This document shows positions 1 through 11,753 of a stretch of DNA of 64,000 nucleotides, piece after piece (position 1 is the first letter of the stretch; the number at the start of each line of letters is the position of its first letter). The notes beneath the pieces are model-generated. The model saw only the letters and a list, made by a program, of their open reading frames with translations. It made no database searches and was not told the origin of the DNA. This stretch comes from Spirogloea muscicola (lineage: Eukaryota): contig WELB01000016.1 in the NCBI GenBank assembly GCA_009602725.1, forward strand, positions 635,084 through 699,083, in the 5' to 3' direction. The translations under genes and the position numbers were made by a program.

Positions 1-90
1 CCCGGAGGCCGCGCCGCGGGCCAGCTCCCGCCTGAGGGTCCGCCACCGCCGCCGACGCCGTCGACGCCGCCGCTGCCGCCGCCGGCGGCC

Positions 91-1822
91 ATGTTGGGCG
101 GGAAGGGCCTGGCGGCCCGGCTGGGCCAGAGCTTCAACGCCGCCGGCGTTGCTCTCTTCGCCCGGCTGCTCCTCGGCGAGCGCCACCTGGCCTTGCCCCA
201 CATTAGGTACGCCGGCAGTTCTGGAGGCCCAGTGCTCATAGCTCGACCTTAGGTCTAAGGTCCTTACTTTGCTGAGCACAGGTTTAGTGCATTCAGCACC
301 GCGGGATCGCCACTGCAGCTCGAAGGCAGTGCCATATGGGCAGGACATTAGTGAGCCCGACGAGTACGAGCAACAGCCAAGCCTCCCTGGAGCAGACTTT
401 TGTCCTTCTCTGTGACGTCGTCTACTACCAAGCCGCGGCCACGCCGCCGATTGAGTACTCGTTGAGACCGACCGAATAGTGCGTCTTGCCCACAACATGA
501 CATGGACTTGACTCTGCGGGCACCCCGTCTGCGGGTGCTTGCAGCGTCCCCGACATTCGGTGGGTGGATTGGGCAGCGCTCCGGAAGGCCGGCTTCGAGG
601 GTGTGGTTCTAGACAAGGACAACACTATAACCGCCCCTTACGAAACGGCCGTTTGGTCCAACCTCAAGCCGTCCTTGGAGGAGAGCGTGTCGGTGTTTGA
701 CGGCAAGGTTGCCGTCTTTAGCAATTCGGCAGGTTGGCAAAAAGAGCCGTCGCCAGGCCTGCTGAAGCGCGTTTGGCAAGACTTTGGTATGATCATATCT
801 CCCTTGCATCAATGCTTTGCTCAACTGATGTAGCTCGTCATATGCAGCATGCATGAGCAGGACTTCGCCAGTATGATCCAGAGGGGCGGGATGCGCAAGC
901 TTTGGAGGCATTGCTCGGCTTGCCGGTGATAAGTCACGGTACTTCCAGCCGGATCAATCCATATCCAGCCTTGAGCCGCTTTTGATCTGCACAAGCATTG
1001 CAGGAGATGCTATGTGAGGAGTGTCTGCAGTTTGCAATGTTTGGAGTACTCTCACAAAAGCGTAAGGTCAGGGTTGACGGAGTGCACAATGTTGGTAATG
1101 CAGAGAGTAAGAAGCCTGCTGGAGATGCTGGCGACCTCGAGAAGCACTTCAACTGCCAGGCTCCTTGTCTCATCATAGTGATGCCCTCTCCTTGGACCTT
1201 ATGACTTGGGCTCACTGTTGCTATATCAAGAGGCACAACTGTCAAGCATCATCTGATAGTGCCTTGTCAAATGTAAGCCCTGAACAAAGTATAGCTGGAC
1301 TCTGAGCATACTTTGGTCTTGGCCAAAGTTCACTGTCCTTGATGCTTCGGTGATCTCCTCAACAAGCAGGTCGGAGATCGATACTTCACAGATATTGTGT
1401 ATGGCAACCGGAATGGTCTGCTGACTATAAGAACGGCGCCACTGACTCTGGCGTTGGAGCCCTTCGTTGTTGGTCAGGTTGGTCATATGTTATCTTGCTA
1501 GTGACACTTGTTCACAGTCAAGATCTCAAATTGAAATTCTCACGATTTTTGCGCAGTCAGACATCATCATATAGTGCACACTGTATGTGTTGCGCCCATT
1601 TTGACGCATCTTCCCTAGCCAGGCTCACTTGCTCCCACCTTAAAAGACGGATTGGTTGCCTTGCAGGTACGAAGACTTGAGGATACATTGGTGGCGTCTT
1701 GGATCAACTCAGGTTTGAAGCCCAAGGAGCATCCGTTGGCACCTTCGCCATTGGACTTTGTGAAGAGAGCTATTGGTATCAAACATTCGCCCGATTCTCC
1801 TCACAAACCTGAAGTGCCTTGA
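91..1822 (+). CDS. HAD-superfamily IIIA phosphatidylglycerophosphate phosphatase (GEP4/PGPP1-like), about 6 exons; the frame is open back to base 1, so the true start may lie upstream
   Basis: Spliced exons 91-206, 545-731, 861-938, ~1104-1177, 1370-1477, 1667-1822 give LGQSFNAAG...LALPHISVPDIRWVDW...VVLDKDNTITAP (DxD motif)...VFSNSAG...KKPAG...VGDRYFTDIVYGNRNG; TGA at 1820-1822. Confidence 0.88.
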
Positions 1823-2599
1823 GACCTGACAGGATAAAGAGTAGCAGGATTGGTAAAATAGAAGCATAGCAGAGGGACAACATTGAGCATGTTTTGCAGG
1901 CCTTGGCAGTTATCAGCATCTGCAAAGACATATACCTAGTGGGAGTTGGATATGCAATCCTTGGAGTCCCTTACACTTCTCTGATGCATTCCAGCGGCCT
2001 CCACAAAGTAGACCAAAGCATTTTGCCGACTTCGAATTTGATTGTGGACAAATGCTGCAGATAAATGTGCTTGCCTGGAGAAAGGAACATGAGTGGTAAA
2101 GGGAAGAGTTGTGGTTTACATGTAAACTGCTTGCGAGCCCTCTGTTGCCTGGCCTGTGGCTCCGTCATGAACACCTTCTCTTGTACATCTGGCTGGCTTT
2201 TGCAGCAGCTCTTTCAATATCGGCAGCCGCATTCTTCTTGTTGGTAATGCGTATGCTTAAGTAGCTGAGATCAGGCTTGGGCTCCTTCAGCGCAGTGGTT
2301 CGCAGCAGCCGCTGGCAGGATCGCTTGCCATGCCTTTTTGAACGGCGCAGGGCTGTGCTACTTTAAGCTTGTACGAGCACATTAGGACTTGAGCTCAGCC
2401 TGCCCTGGTTACTAGCCACTAGCCCGTGGTACCTTATCTTGGGCATTAGATGAAGTACCAAGGCTGTGCAACAGAGTGGCATCCCGCTTCGCCAAGTGAC
2501 ATTTCATTCATCATTGGGCGAGCTTTCATAGCCATTTTGCCGTAAATTGGATGAGCTGTTTTTCATTTCCGATCACCCAGATACAAAGAGAAGAGCACG

Positions 2600-2750
2600 T
2601 CAATTGCAGTCCGGTATTCGGGCATCAGTTAGGTACCTCTACGTGCTCTTAATGGAGCTGCTGTTTTCTACGTGCTGACTCGTGGTTACTGAGCGGGTCA
2701 ACTTAGCAGCAGGTGATAGTACAACTGTCAATGTGCTTGCCCTCTGTACT
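2600..2750 (+). repeat. Degenerate 3' UTR remnant of the CRE-like retrotransposon found at 38.5-43 kb
   Basis: Contains cgtggttactgagcgggtcaa...tgtgcttgcc, shared with 18440-18580, 47330-47490 and the reverse complement of 38545-38700. Confidence 0.65.
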
Positions 2751-2827
2751 TAGCCACTCAAGTACAGAACCCCATCACCCCATATACGCTCCGTCGACTT
2801 CCCACCACCCTGGCGACCCGCCCGGCC

Positions 2828-5271
2828 ATGCCGCCGCTGGTGGCGGCAGCGGCGGCGGCGGTGTCGGCGGCGGCGGCGCTGGCGCTCCTGCTGCTCTTCG
2901 CGGTNGGCTACAGGGTTTAGGTAGTAGGGTTTGAATTGCAAGCCCATAAGTCGCTTCTGCTCTCGTCGAGTCCGCATGCGCAGGTTCGGCATGGCGCGAG
3001 AGGCCCAACTCAGAAGCGCGCCCGGGAGCTCAGCCGCCTGGCGGCCAGGCTGCGGGCGGCGGCGACGGCGGCGCCCGGGACCCCTGGGACGATGCCGGCG
3101 GCGGCGGCGGCTCTGGCGAGCTGATACCCGGCGGCGAGGAGGAGATGTTCGCGCTCGGCCGGCGGCTGCGCGCGCGCTTCCCGGCGCTGCTCGGCGCTCC
3201 CTACCACCACAGCGCGTATGTGATCGCCGCCACGCAAGTACGCCCCACCTTTAACCACGATCTCGGCGAGCAATGGGGTTTGAACCTGTGTCTCAAATTG
3301 AGAATGTTACACCTTGACCAACTAAGGCTGAGAAGGGCCCCCTTATCATTGGCTTAGCTCCTGGAAGATGGTTGTGGGTACCCGGCGGTCAGTACCATGC
3401 CAGCGCGTGTTGCATGCGCAGGTTCCGCGGGCGTCGGCGAGCGCCGTGGCCTTCGGCCTGGGCCTCTTTGAGGGCAACGGCAGCCTCGGCGCGGATCACT
3501 TCCGGGCGTTTGCGGTCACCACCGACACGCTGGCCCACGACATCCACCTGCGCTTCCACGACAACTGTGCAGCGTACGCAGCGTCAAAGAAGGCGATGAA
3601 GGCCGAGGTGGCGAGGCTGCAGGCCCGTGCCTATGCAGATGTTGCTGCATCTGTCGCGAATCGCCATCCGTACCTCAGCCCTAGTGCCGCCGACGTCGCC
3701 TCCCTCTGGCTCCTGTGCAAACAGGTTCTCTGGCACCCACATGCTCTTTCCACAATCCTGCTTGTAGATCGTCAACGCTATCAAGCGCCAGTCACAGGGC
3801 TTCAGATTTAAGCAACTTCAGACAGAGTCAGGATAAGGGTTCAGCTATCTGTGCTTCAATGCCAAATGTCACCTGATATACTGCAACCACCTGCTGCACG
3901 GTGTGGTGGCTGTCCAGACTCTCACTTTTGCGGCGTGCAATGCCTCATTCGTGCTTGTGGCTCTGGGGATACCTCTGTCCAGGAGGCGGCGCTGCTCGAC
4001 CGGCAGGATAGGGCGTGCGCCCTATTCACTGCTAGCGAGGCCGCATTACTTGAGTGGGCAGATGACGTCGAGTTGCACCTTCTCAAGGGCTATGGCGCAG
4101 CCGTGAATTATCGCATGGGCGTAGCTCTGCTGCGTGACATGGTCAAGGCCATGGACGAAGCGGTCGCTGCAGACCACAGCGAGCGACAAGAGGCAGCCGC
4201 TGGCACGGATTGGCAACAGCGCGTGCGGCAACGAGCGAAGCTGCGGTTTGCACATGCTGAGACGCTGGTGCCGTTGACATGCCTCCTGGGCCTCTTCCTT
4301 GGTGGTCCTAACGGTCAGTGCTCTTGCATGAACGGTAATTGAAAGCTCCTGAACATACGCTTATCTTGAAGAATGAAGGTCTCTCCATGAAGATCGTGTT
4401 CTGCACTGTCGTGGTTGCTCATTTGCAAGAGGTGGAGAAAGTCAAGGAGAAGCTCCCGTTGCCAGAGCTCCCCTACCCGCCAGTCGTGCGGACGTGGCGT
4501 GGAGCCCAGGTGGCACCATTCGGCGGCAATACGGCTTTGATCCTGTACCGCTGCAAAGACTCACGCGACCAGGATGGACAGGAGGCATCCTACCTTGATG
4601 ATTCGATAAGGGCGCCTGGCGACGTGCAGGGTGCGACCACTGTGGCTGCCACTGACAGTCAGGAAGATCAGTGGAAGTACTTTGTCATGGCCCTTCACAA
4701 CGAGCAGCCCGCGGTTATGCCAGTAAATTACCCTTGCTCCCTTCCAAGCATTTAGGATTTCACTTTCGTCAATCATTACTCGGATGTATAATGTGCACTT
4801 GCTTTCCTCTGCAGAGCAGTTGCCTGCAAGTTCCAGTTTGTTGAGTAGCTCAGCTCTTCTGTGATGTATTGACAAACAGTTGTTGCCACCACAGGCCTGT
4901 GGTGGCACAATACTCTGCCCTTTCCAGGTATTTAAGGTAAGACCTGCCACTTTCGACTTACTGTAATTTCTAAGGTGTAAATGTTACCCATTTGTTAGTT
5001 GCAGTAATTTCCAAGTGAGATGACCACAACATTGTTCGGCGACTCGACTCTCCTCTAATAGCAATCTTCATGTGATTCGGTGCTGCAGGAGAAGGTTGCA
5101 GGCCCTCACTTGCTGCACAGCTTCGAGGATGTTTGCTCACTCAAGCCTCACTTAGAGGATAGGACCAGTGCTTGGAATCGTATATTAGCAGCTGTGGCCA
5201 CTACCTTCAAAACTTGGTGGTCACTAGTTTTTGATGACTGGAGGAAGACATTTCCAACTGCCGACCTTTAG
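2828..5271 (+). CDS. Multiple inositol polyphosphate phosphatase / histidine acid phosphatase (MINPP1-like), multi-exon, with a signal-peptide-like N-terminus and a gap at 2904
   Basis: Hydrophobic N-terminus from ATG 2828; RHGARGP catalytic motif (~2985); ATQVPRASASA; LRFHDNC; LEWADDVE...KGYG; LRFAHAETLVP; WRGAQVAPFGGN; LHNEQP; TAG ends at 5271. Confidence 0.88.
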
Positions 5272-5525
5272 CTGTTGTCAGAGGTTGCCAATTTTTTGCT
5301 ACTGCACCGTTGACTCATGCACTTGCTGGAGGTGCTACTGAAATTCTTTCATTCTTTCAAAAAATTGTGGCCCCTGCTGGCCTTGCTGAAGACCAGGCGA
5401 AGCAACTCATATTGCTCCAACTGGACTAATTCGGCCCAGACGAGATCCGTCCTTTGTGGCATGTCAGAGGCGTTGCTTTGACCAGCGCAGACAGAAGGTG
5501 ACAAGTTGGTGCACTAGAATGTCGC

Positions 5526-6912
5526 TCAGTCCTGCTTGGGAGGCTCAATGTCTGAGGCGTAAGGTTCACGCCCTTTCTGCAAGCATCAACGACCCAGTTC
5601 AGTATTGACACATTGACACTTGACATTGCTGCATTCAACATCAAATTCGTTGGTAACAATATGCATGTGGTCCAAGACAGCAGACTTGCAGACTTTGCCA
5701 CCCATAAGTGAGGCTTCATATCGGAACTGGTAAGAACTTTACTGACCTGGCCATCGGGCCGTGTGACGATTCCGCCACGTGTGTATGTCGTGAGAGGGTC
5801 AAGGTTCGTAGAGTCAAATGTCCTGAGCGGGTCGCGTGGCACGCCGGCACCCTCGTTGACAGGCGCACGGTCAAAATTGGGCGGGTTGTTGATGACGACG
5901 TAGCCACCAAGCAGGCCGCCGATGAGTAGGAAGACGAGGCCGAGCAGGAAAGGCAAGCGCACAATGGTAGGATCAAGGCCGAGCTGGGCTATCACGCCCT
6001 TGCCTGTGAGCACCTCCATGATGATTCCAGTCTGCACACAAGACAAGCCGTTCATGCGACTACCAGCAAAATCTATGTTCTAAATCATAGCAGGCTCTGA
6101 GTAGTGAGCGCCAGTGGTTGCACCACCTGTTCTGCCAGCCGTGGCGCGACCGATGGGTAAGTGCTAGCGGAGCTGGCCAGACCCAGCATGGCCGCGCTGT
6201 GACGCACCGTGAAGCCAAGCATGGCCATGCGGCCGACGTAGAGCTCCTGCTTTGTGCCAAAGCCAAAGTACGTCCCGGGGCCGCCGAGGCCGAAGGGCTC
6301 CTTCTTGCCCTCCACCGGCGTCCCTTCGGTCGACGCCCGTACCACCAGGCTGCTGGCTCCGCTGCCTGCAACGTGAACAAAGGCATTACTGACCAAAGGT
6401 ATTTAATGACCAAAGAGCATGCGGCCAAGGGACTGCAGCTACCCTGCTAGCTAAGGCACCCCGCCTAGCCACGAATGCTTCTCGCCTGGGCCCGCCTTGA
6501 TGCTCCGAGCCTGCCGGGAGCCGAGCTGCTTACTGCAAATGCTGGGTTATTGCGATCTGGCCAAAACACCAGCATTGCGGCTCGAAGTGCCGCTGTCTTG
6601 CCATCACTTGCCATCACTTGCAGCTGTGGCAATGCAGGCCGGCCTCAGTGTCACACTGCTGAGCAGTCCAATCCCAGTCTGGAGCTCCGGACGAGATATG
6701 TGATATTGACCAAAACCGCTGCGCTTTCAGACCGCAAGTACATGGGCCCCAAGTGGGGCATTTCTTGAGATGCTCATTGGCGGAGTGCACTGGCGGGCCT
6801 GACGGTGCTCACGTGTTGCGAGCTCGGAGCGGCGCGGCAGCGGCCGCATGGCGCGCAGCGAGGCGGATCGAGAGGCCTGCAGCCTGCATTCGCCGGCAGC
6901 GCAGCGAGCCAT
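5526..6912 (-). CDS. Two-helix light-harvesting-like (LHC family) protein resembling one half of PsbS, ~197 aa with a transit peptide
   Basis: Phase-consistent exons 6813-6912, 6208-6365, 5747-6031, 5526-5576; FGFGTKQELYVGRMAMLGF-TGIIMEVLTGKGVIAQLGL (LHC E..R.AM motif) followed by a second hydrophobic helix PFLLGLVFLLIGGLLGG. Confidence 0.8.
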
Positions 6913-7849
6913 GGTATTAGCTCTCGACCTGCCGATCCTTCGCCTGCGGGCGAATCGATGCCGAGCTTTGGCACTGCGAAGGTGAGGCCAGGCGGCTGGA
7001 GCGCAATTTGATCTTCTCGATTTCATATCATTTTCATAATCAAAGGACGGAAGGTCGCACCGGCAGAGGAGAGCGGCCGCAGGGGGGGCCGGCGACGGCG
7101 AAGGACCGGCGGCAGCCGCTCGGCGCAAAGCCGCCGCGGCGGCCGGCGGGGCGGCCNNNNNNNNNNNNNNNNNNNNNNNNNNNNNNNNNNNNNNNNNNNN
7201 NNNNNNNNNNNNNNNNNNNNNNNNNNNNNNNNNNNNNNNNNNNNNNNNNNNNNNNNNNNNNNNNNNNNNNNNNNNNNNNNNNNNNNNNNNNNNNNNNNNN
7301 NNNNNNNNNNNNNNNNNNNNNNNNNNNNNNNNNNNNNNNNNNNNNNNNNNNNNNNNNNNNNNNNNNNNNNNNNNNNNNNNNNNNNNNNNNNNNNNNNNNN
7401 NNNNNNNNNNNNNNNNNNNNNNNNNNNNNNNNNNNNNNNNNNNNNNNNNNNNNNNNNNNNNNNNNNNNNNNNNNNNNNNNNNNNNNNNNNNNNNNNNNNN
7501 NNNNNNNNNNNNNNNNGGCGGCGGCGGCGGCAGCGGTAGCGACGGCGGCGGCGGTGGCGGCGGCGGCAGTCGCTGCGGCGGCGGCTGCGGGACTGGCGGC
7601 GGGAGTGGGCAGTGGCAATGACGCCGGGCCAGCTGGGCCACGTGTCCTGCCTACCCTTCCTCCACTTTCTCTCTCCCCGGCTTGCATATAGTCCTCTTAT
7701 CTCCCCCTCGCCCGAAGGCCCCACGCTTCCCTCCCTCCCCACCGCGCCATCATAGGCTTACCGACCGCCTCTCCCCGGCGCCTGATGTCGACGTGGCGCG
7801 CTCCCTGCCTGCGGGGGGTGGGTCCCCGAGCTCGCTTGTCCAACTGTTC

Positions 7850-8435
7850 TTGTGCTGACTTTCTTGTGGATCTGCACAAATCAATGTAGCAAATCAAACC
7901 CGGAGCTTTCTGCCTCGCGGGCCGGCCACGCTGCGAAGGCCGCTCGCAGCAAGGCGGCCAAACACGCCGACCACCCGGCTGCCGATGAGTTCGTCCCCCT
8001 GGCTGTGGACGTGCACGGGGCTCTCGGATTCCACTGGCTCGACCTGTTGGCCAGGCTTGCACGGCGCGCCGTGTCTCGCATCCCGGTGAGCCGGCTGACT
8101 TCAACGCCGCTGGCTCGTGGGCTCAGGTGTATCGTATGCGCTTGTCCGTCTCCCTCCAGCGGTCCATGGCCCACGCCTTGCATCTGCATGCTGGCCGTGC
8201 TCTCGCTGCGGCCTCCGGCTTTCATCAGGGGGATAGTTTTCCGGCATCTAGACTGTCGGATGTGAGGCTCCTCACTCGTGACTACTGAGTGGTCCATCCT
8301 CCCCCGTTCTGCCATAGCCTCTTCAGGCCCCGCAGTCGCTGCTTTGCTCGTAGTTTGGCCCCTTCGAACCTTGTCAATTCTTTTCGGGCTGGCTTCTCAC
8401 AGCCCTTGCCCCCATTCGGAGAGCCACTTCTTCTT
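7850..8435 (+). mobile_element. 5'-truncated CRE-like non-LTR retrotransposon copy (C-terminus of the restriction-like endonuclease plus hairpin 3' tail)
   Basis: Translates as KHADHPAADEFVPLAVDVHGALGFHWLDLLARLARRA; the tail 8228-8435 is near-identical to 34010-34215. Confidence 0.75.
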
Positions 8436-8529
8436 AATCAAACCCAGACCACACGGTGGCACTCCCCGTCTTCGAGAGAGACAGCACTGGCGAGGCGGAT
8501 TTGAGATTGGGCGGAGAGAAACGATATAC

Positions 8530-8625
8530 AACTCAGAATAGAAACAGCGCTTCCAAATGGACTGGTGGCTGTGAGAGGCCAGCCCAAAAGAATGGACAAG
8601 GTTGGAGGGGCCGGATGGCGCAAAG
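8530..8625 (-). repeat. Inverted copy of the hairpin 3' tail unit
   Basis: ggtggctgtgagaggccagcccaaaagaatggacaagg is the reverse complement of the tail unit. Confidence 0.7.
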
Positions 8626-9089
8626 AGCAAGTTATAACTGCTACGCCAAATAAGAGCAAGAGGAACACCTGTGACACCTGGTCTTCCTCCCAAAAGGGGT
8701 TCAACAGGCTCTCTCTCTCTCTCTCTCTGTGCAACGGCTGAAGTCCAATGACTCAGGTCGTGACAGTCTTACTGCCGCATGCTGCAATTTGCGTATCCAT
8801 GTCAAAAAGGTAATGCTGATGCACTATTTTGCCTCAGATCATCAAAAGCTGATCAAGTATCAGGACTGTGTTGGATGCATGATGGCACGACCGAAGTACC
8901 TTGGTAAGTATATAGTGGCGAAAGTATGCAGAGAAGAGACTCACATCAGGCGAAATCCTCTTATGGATCAAGGTACATCTTTTATACTGTGCACTACAAT
9001 CTGAGAAATGAATGCAGTGTCGTGGTGTCACCTGCAGATCACTTGTTATGAAATTCAGGCCAACAAATTTGAAGCTGTACAAAGAATAT

Positions 9090-11111
9090 CTAATTGCGGT
9101 GTTTGTCAGACTCCTTAAGAAGCCTCTGATCGAAGTCTTCAAGCTCCTTCCGTCTACTCTGCTCCTCCAAGCGACTTTCTGCTGCCTCCCTCATAGTCCT
9201 TGCTTCTTCCTCAGTCGGGGCCTGAGACAGGTCCCAACTGTTCTTCAGCTAGGAATGTACTCAGTACATCTAGACATGCAAGCAAGATAAATAACCACAT
9301 CAGGTATGTTAACCATGTCTGGCTGCCGAGACATGCATGGGACTGACTATCAGTGGTGTCACTCACCACTGCCTCATCCCACCCATGGCCACTACTCTCA
9401 GGTATAGCATCAAGATTGCCAGGCTCAACATGTCTTCTTGTCCAATCCTTGATCGACCCAGCTGTTGGCAGTCCATCGACATTGCTCAAGTCATCGTGCT
9501 CTTTGTCCGAGGAGTTGGAAGTCCGAACGCCGTTGTCGATCTGCACAGAGAATTATGAAGAGCTCCTTGACTCACCTAGAGTCAGAATATCCTATGCAGT
9601 AGCTGGAGCTCTGTTAGAATATTGTCTACTCCACACTTGTGTTACAAGGAGTCTGGCATAGCATAAGGCACACCTGGACATGGACTGCACAGAGCAGTAT
9701 GCTTGCAAGCGGCAACCAGCTATCATCAGGTGAAAGTTGCAGACCACTCCTGAGGCAGAGAGGAACAATAAGCTGACAAACATGCTGACAAGCTTGCACA
9801 TGAGCCTTGCCGTGTCCTTGTACTAGTGAATTCAACAAAGTCAAAGCACCATGCCTTCGAGTTGGTCTCAGCATTGTCCAGGCACAGGTCCCATCATCAA
9901 GACTACCACGGTTGCTCTATGCATCAGCTTATCTGTACTGATGATTGCCACGACGTACTTGAAGTATGGTGCCGCGTAGACAGCGGCGTAAGCAAGGTAT
10001 CGGTTGTCATTGGTGTCAAGCCATGCAAAGACCCAAGCCTGACCAAACGAAGGGTGTCAGTATGTTTTCGATGTCTCAGGAGAAGAGTCTCCTTTGCCCA
10101 AAGCATATTTCACATATGAAGTGACTAACCACCTTGACAGAAGATGACTTGTTGCAACCTTGTCTATCAATCACTTGTTTCTGTTTCCAGCAGGGGCATA
10201 TGATTGCCGGGTTTGACAAAACGTAGGCTGGGCATGAACAATCTACCAGCCAGTCAAAGAGGGGTATTGAGCTGATTATTGACATGGTTGCATAGCGTAT
10301 GCTGTTTGAACCGAATGGTCCCTCTTGTTCCTCCATCTGGGGCCTTGTTTGGCTTCGCAAGCTGCTTGATGCAGGCAAAGCCAGTGGTGTGACGGAGCTG
10401 AGTAGTGCACAGCCAATTGCTGCCGCAAATGGGATATCATCAAGCAGTGCAGCTTGACACAAGAGCCCATTCCTAGCCTGGAGATAAAATAACAGAAGTT
10501 GTCAGGGCCCCCACAATATGTTGATGCTTTCCGCCACTCCTTATCCTGTCTCATCTAATGGATGCCATCAGCTTGGCATTCTAACAACAAAACCCAATTA
10601 AGCGCAATATCTACTGCGCTGCAGGTATGCATTGGTACTATGATAGAATAGGTGGTCCTTGATACCATCAACAGCAGTCTTGACATTCTAACCTGACGTC
10701 CACTGCGCAAGCAAAGAGCCCTCTTCCCGCCAGCTGAGAAGCTGCTGGGCCATGGCCTGCTGATCCCTGTTGCAGGGAAGCAACACTCTTGAGCATGCAG
10801 ACTCAGTGGACGATACTAGCATCTGCCGAGAGTAGCAGATGTTACTACAGAACTTGGTCAAATTGGACCCCAAAAGTCGCAGCCACCTAACCAACTCCTA
10901 ACCAACACGGCTGCAGCCAGTGGACTGGCAGTGCCATGGATGCAAGTCGCTCGTGCGAAGCTGTACTTCCTGATAGCCACAGGCTGCAGTACACAATGGC
11001 CGCCAACAAAGCGTGCACAGAGGCTACGCTTAACTTACTCTGCAGCTCCTTCGTAGCAACACAGCAGCCATGCTGCCCAGAGCCAGCCTCCAGCGGCGGC
11101 ATGGCAGCCAT
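9090..11111 (-). CDS. Conserved plant-type membrane protein of unknown function, probably plastid-targeted, multi-exon
   Basis: Phase-consistent exons starting 11039-11111 and 10693-10766, then ARNGLLCQAALL...ATMSIISSIPLFDWL / AWVFAWLDTNDNRYLAYAAVYAAPYFK / SGLQLSPDDSWLPLASILLCAVHVQ / ...ELEDFDQRLLKESDKHRN*; TAG at 9090-9092. Confidence 0.7.
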
Positions 11112-11161
11112 GCAGCAACACGGCAGAGGAGCCGGTGACGGTATGGTCTCTTTGGGCTGGC

Positions 11162-11460
11162 TTATGTCTCGGAGGTCGTCGCCGGCTCTACGTCCGGGCG
11201 CAGCGCCTCGATGGCCGGCCCGGCCTGCGCCTCCAGGTAGCTGAGCTGCCGCTCCAGCGACACCACCTTCTCGTTCAGGTGCGCCAGCCGCTCCCTCGCC
11301 GTCGCCTCTGCGCGCCGCCGCCTTCCGGCGTCAAGACTGCGGCGGGCGCGACTCGAACGCGGGCCCGATTGGGAGGCGGCGGTCTTACAGAGGGGCCGGC
11401 GCGGCGCTCACCGAACCGGGCGAGCGTCTCGAAGAGCCGCCGCGCCGCGAGCCGCGCGCC
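11162..11460 (-). CDS. BRK1: BRICK1/HSPC300 subunit of the SCAR/WAVE complex; 5' end lost in the gap at 11461
   Basis: Exons 11412-11460 and 11162-11307 splice to ARLAARRLFETLARFEATARERLAHLNEKVVSLERQLSYLEAQ, matching the BRK1 pattern RRLF.FL..FE.T...LA.LNEK...LER.L..LE.Q. Confidence 0.85.
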
Positions 11461-11753
11461 NCGCCGCCGCCGCCGCCACCGCCAGGTGAGCGCGCCGCTG
11501 CCCCACCCGCTTGCTAGTCCTGCAAGCGCTGGCACGGCAGGGCGAGGTTTCGGAGGCTGCGAGCCGGCCATGGCCGCTCCGGGCGCTGCCTCGCCGCTGA
11601 CGGCCAGCGCAGCGGCGCCTCGCCGCGCCTCCCCGGAGTCCCTCCGCTCTCGCGCGCCTTCAGGAGCGCCTCCCTGGCGGCTCCTGGCTCAGCTGACGCA
11701 TAGCTCGTAGATGGTGTAGGCCACCGACGACGCTCGGCCTCCGCCAGGCCAGG

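Noticed and set aside
7156..7516. Long ORFs crossing N runs (also 16531-16712) and single n positions such as 2904, 11461 and 46891
   Set aside because: These are assembly gaps beside (GCC)n tracts; frames across them are not meaningful
8708..8728. (CT)n microsatellite
   Set aside because: Ordinary short simple repeat
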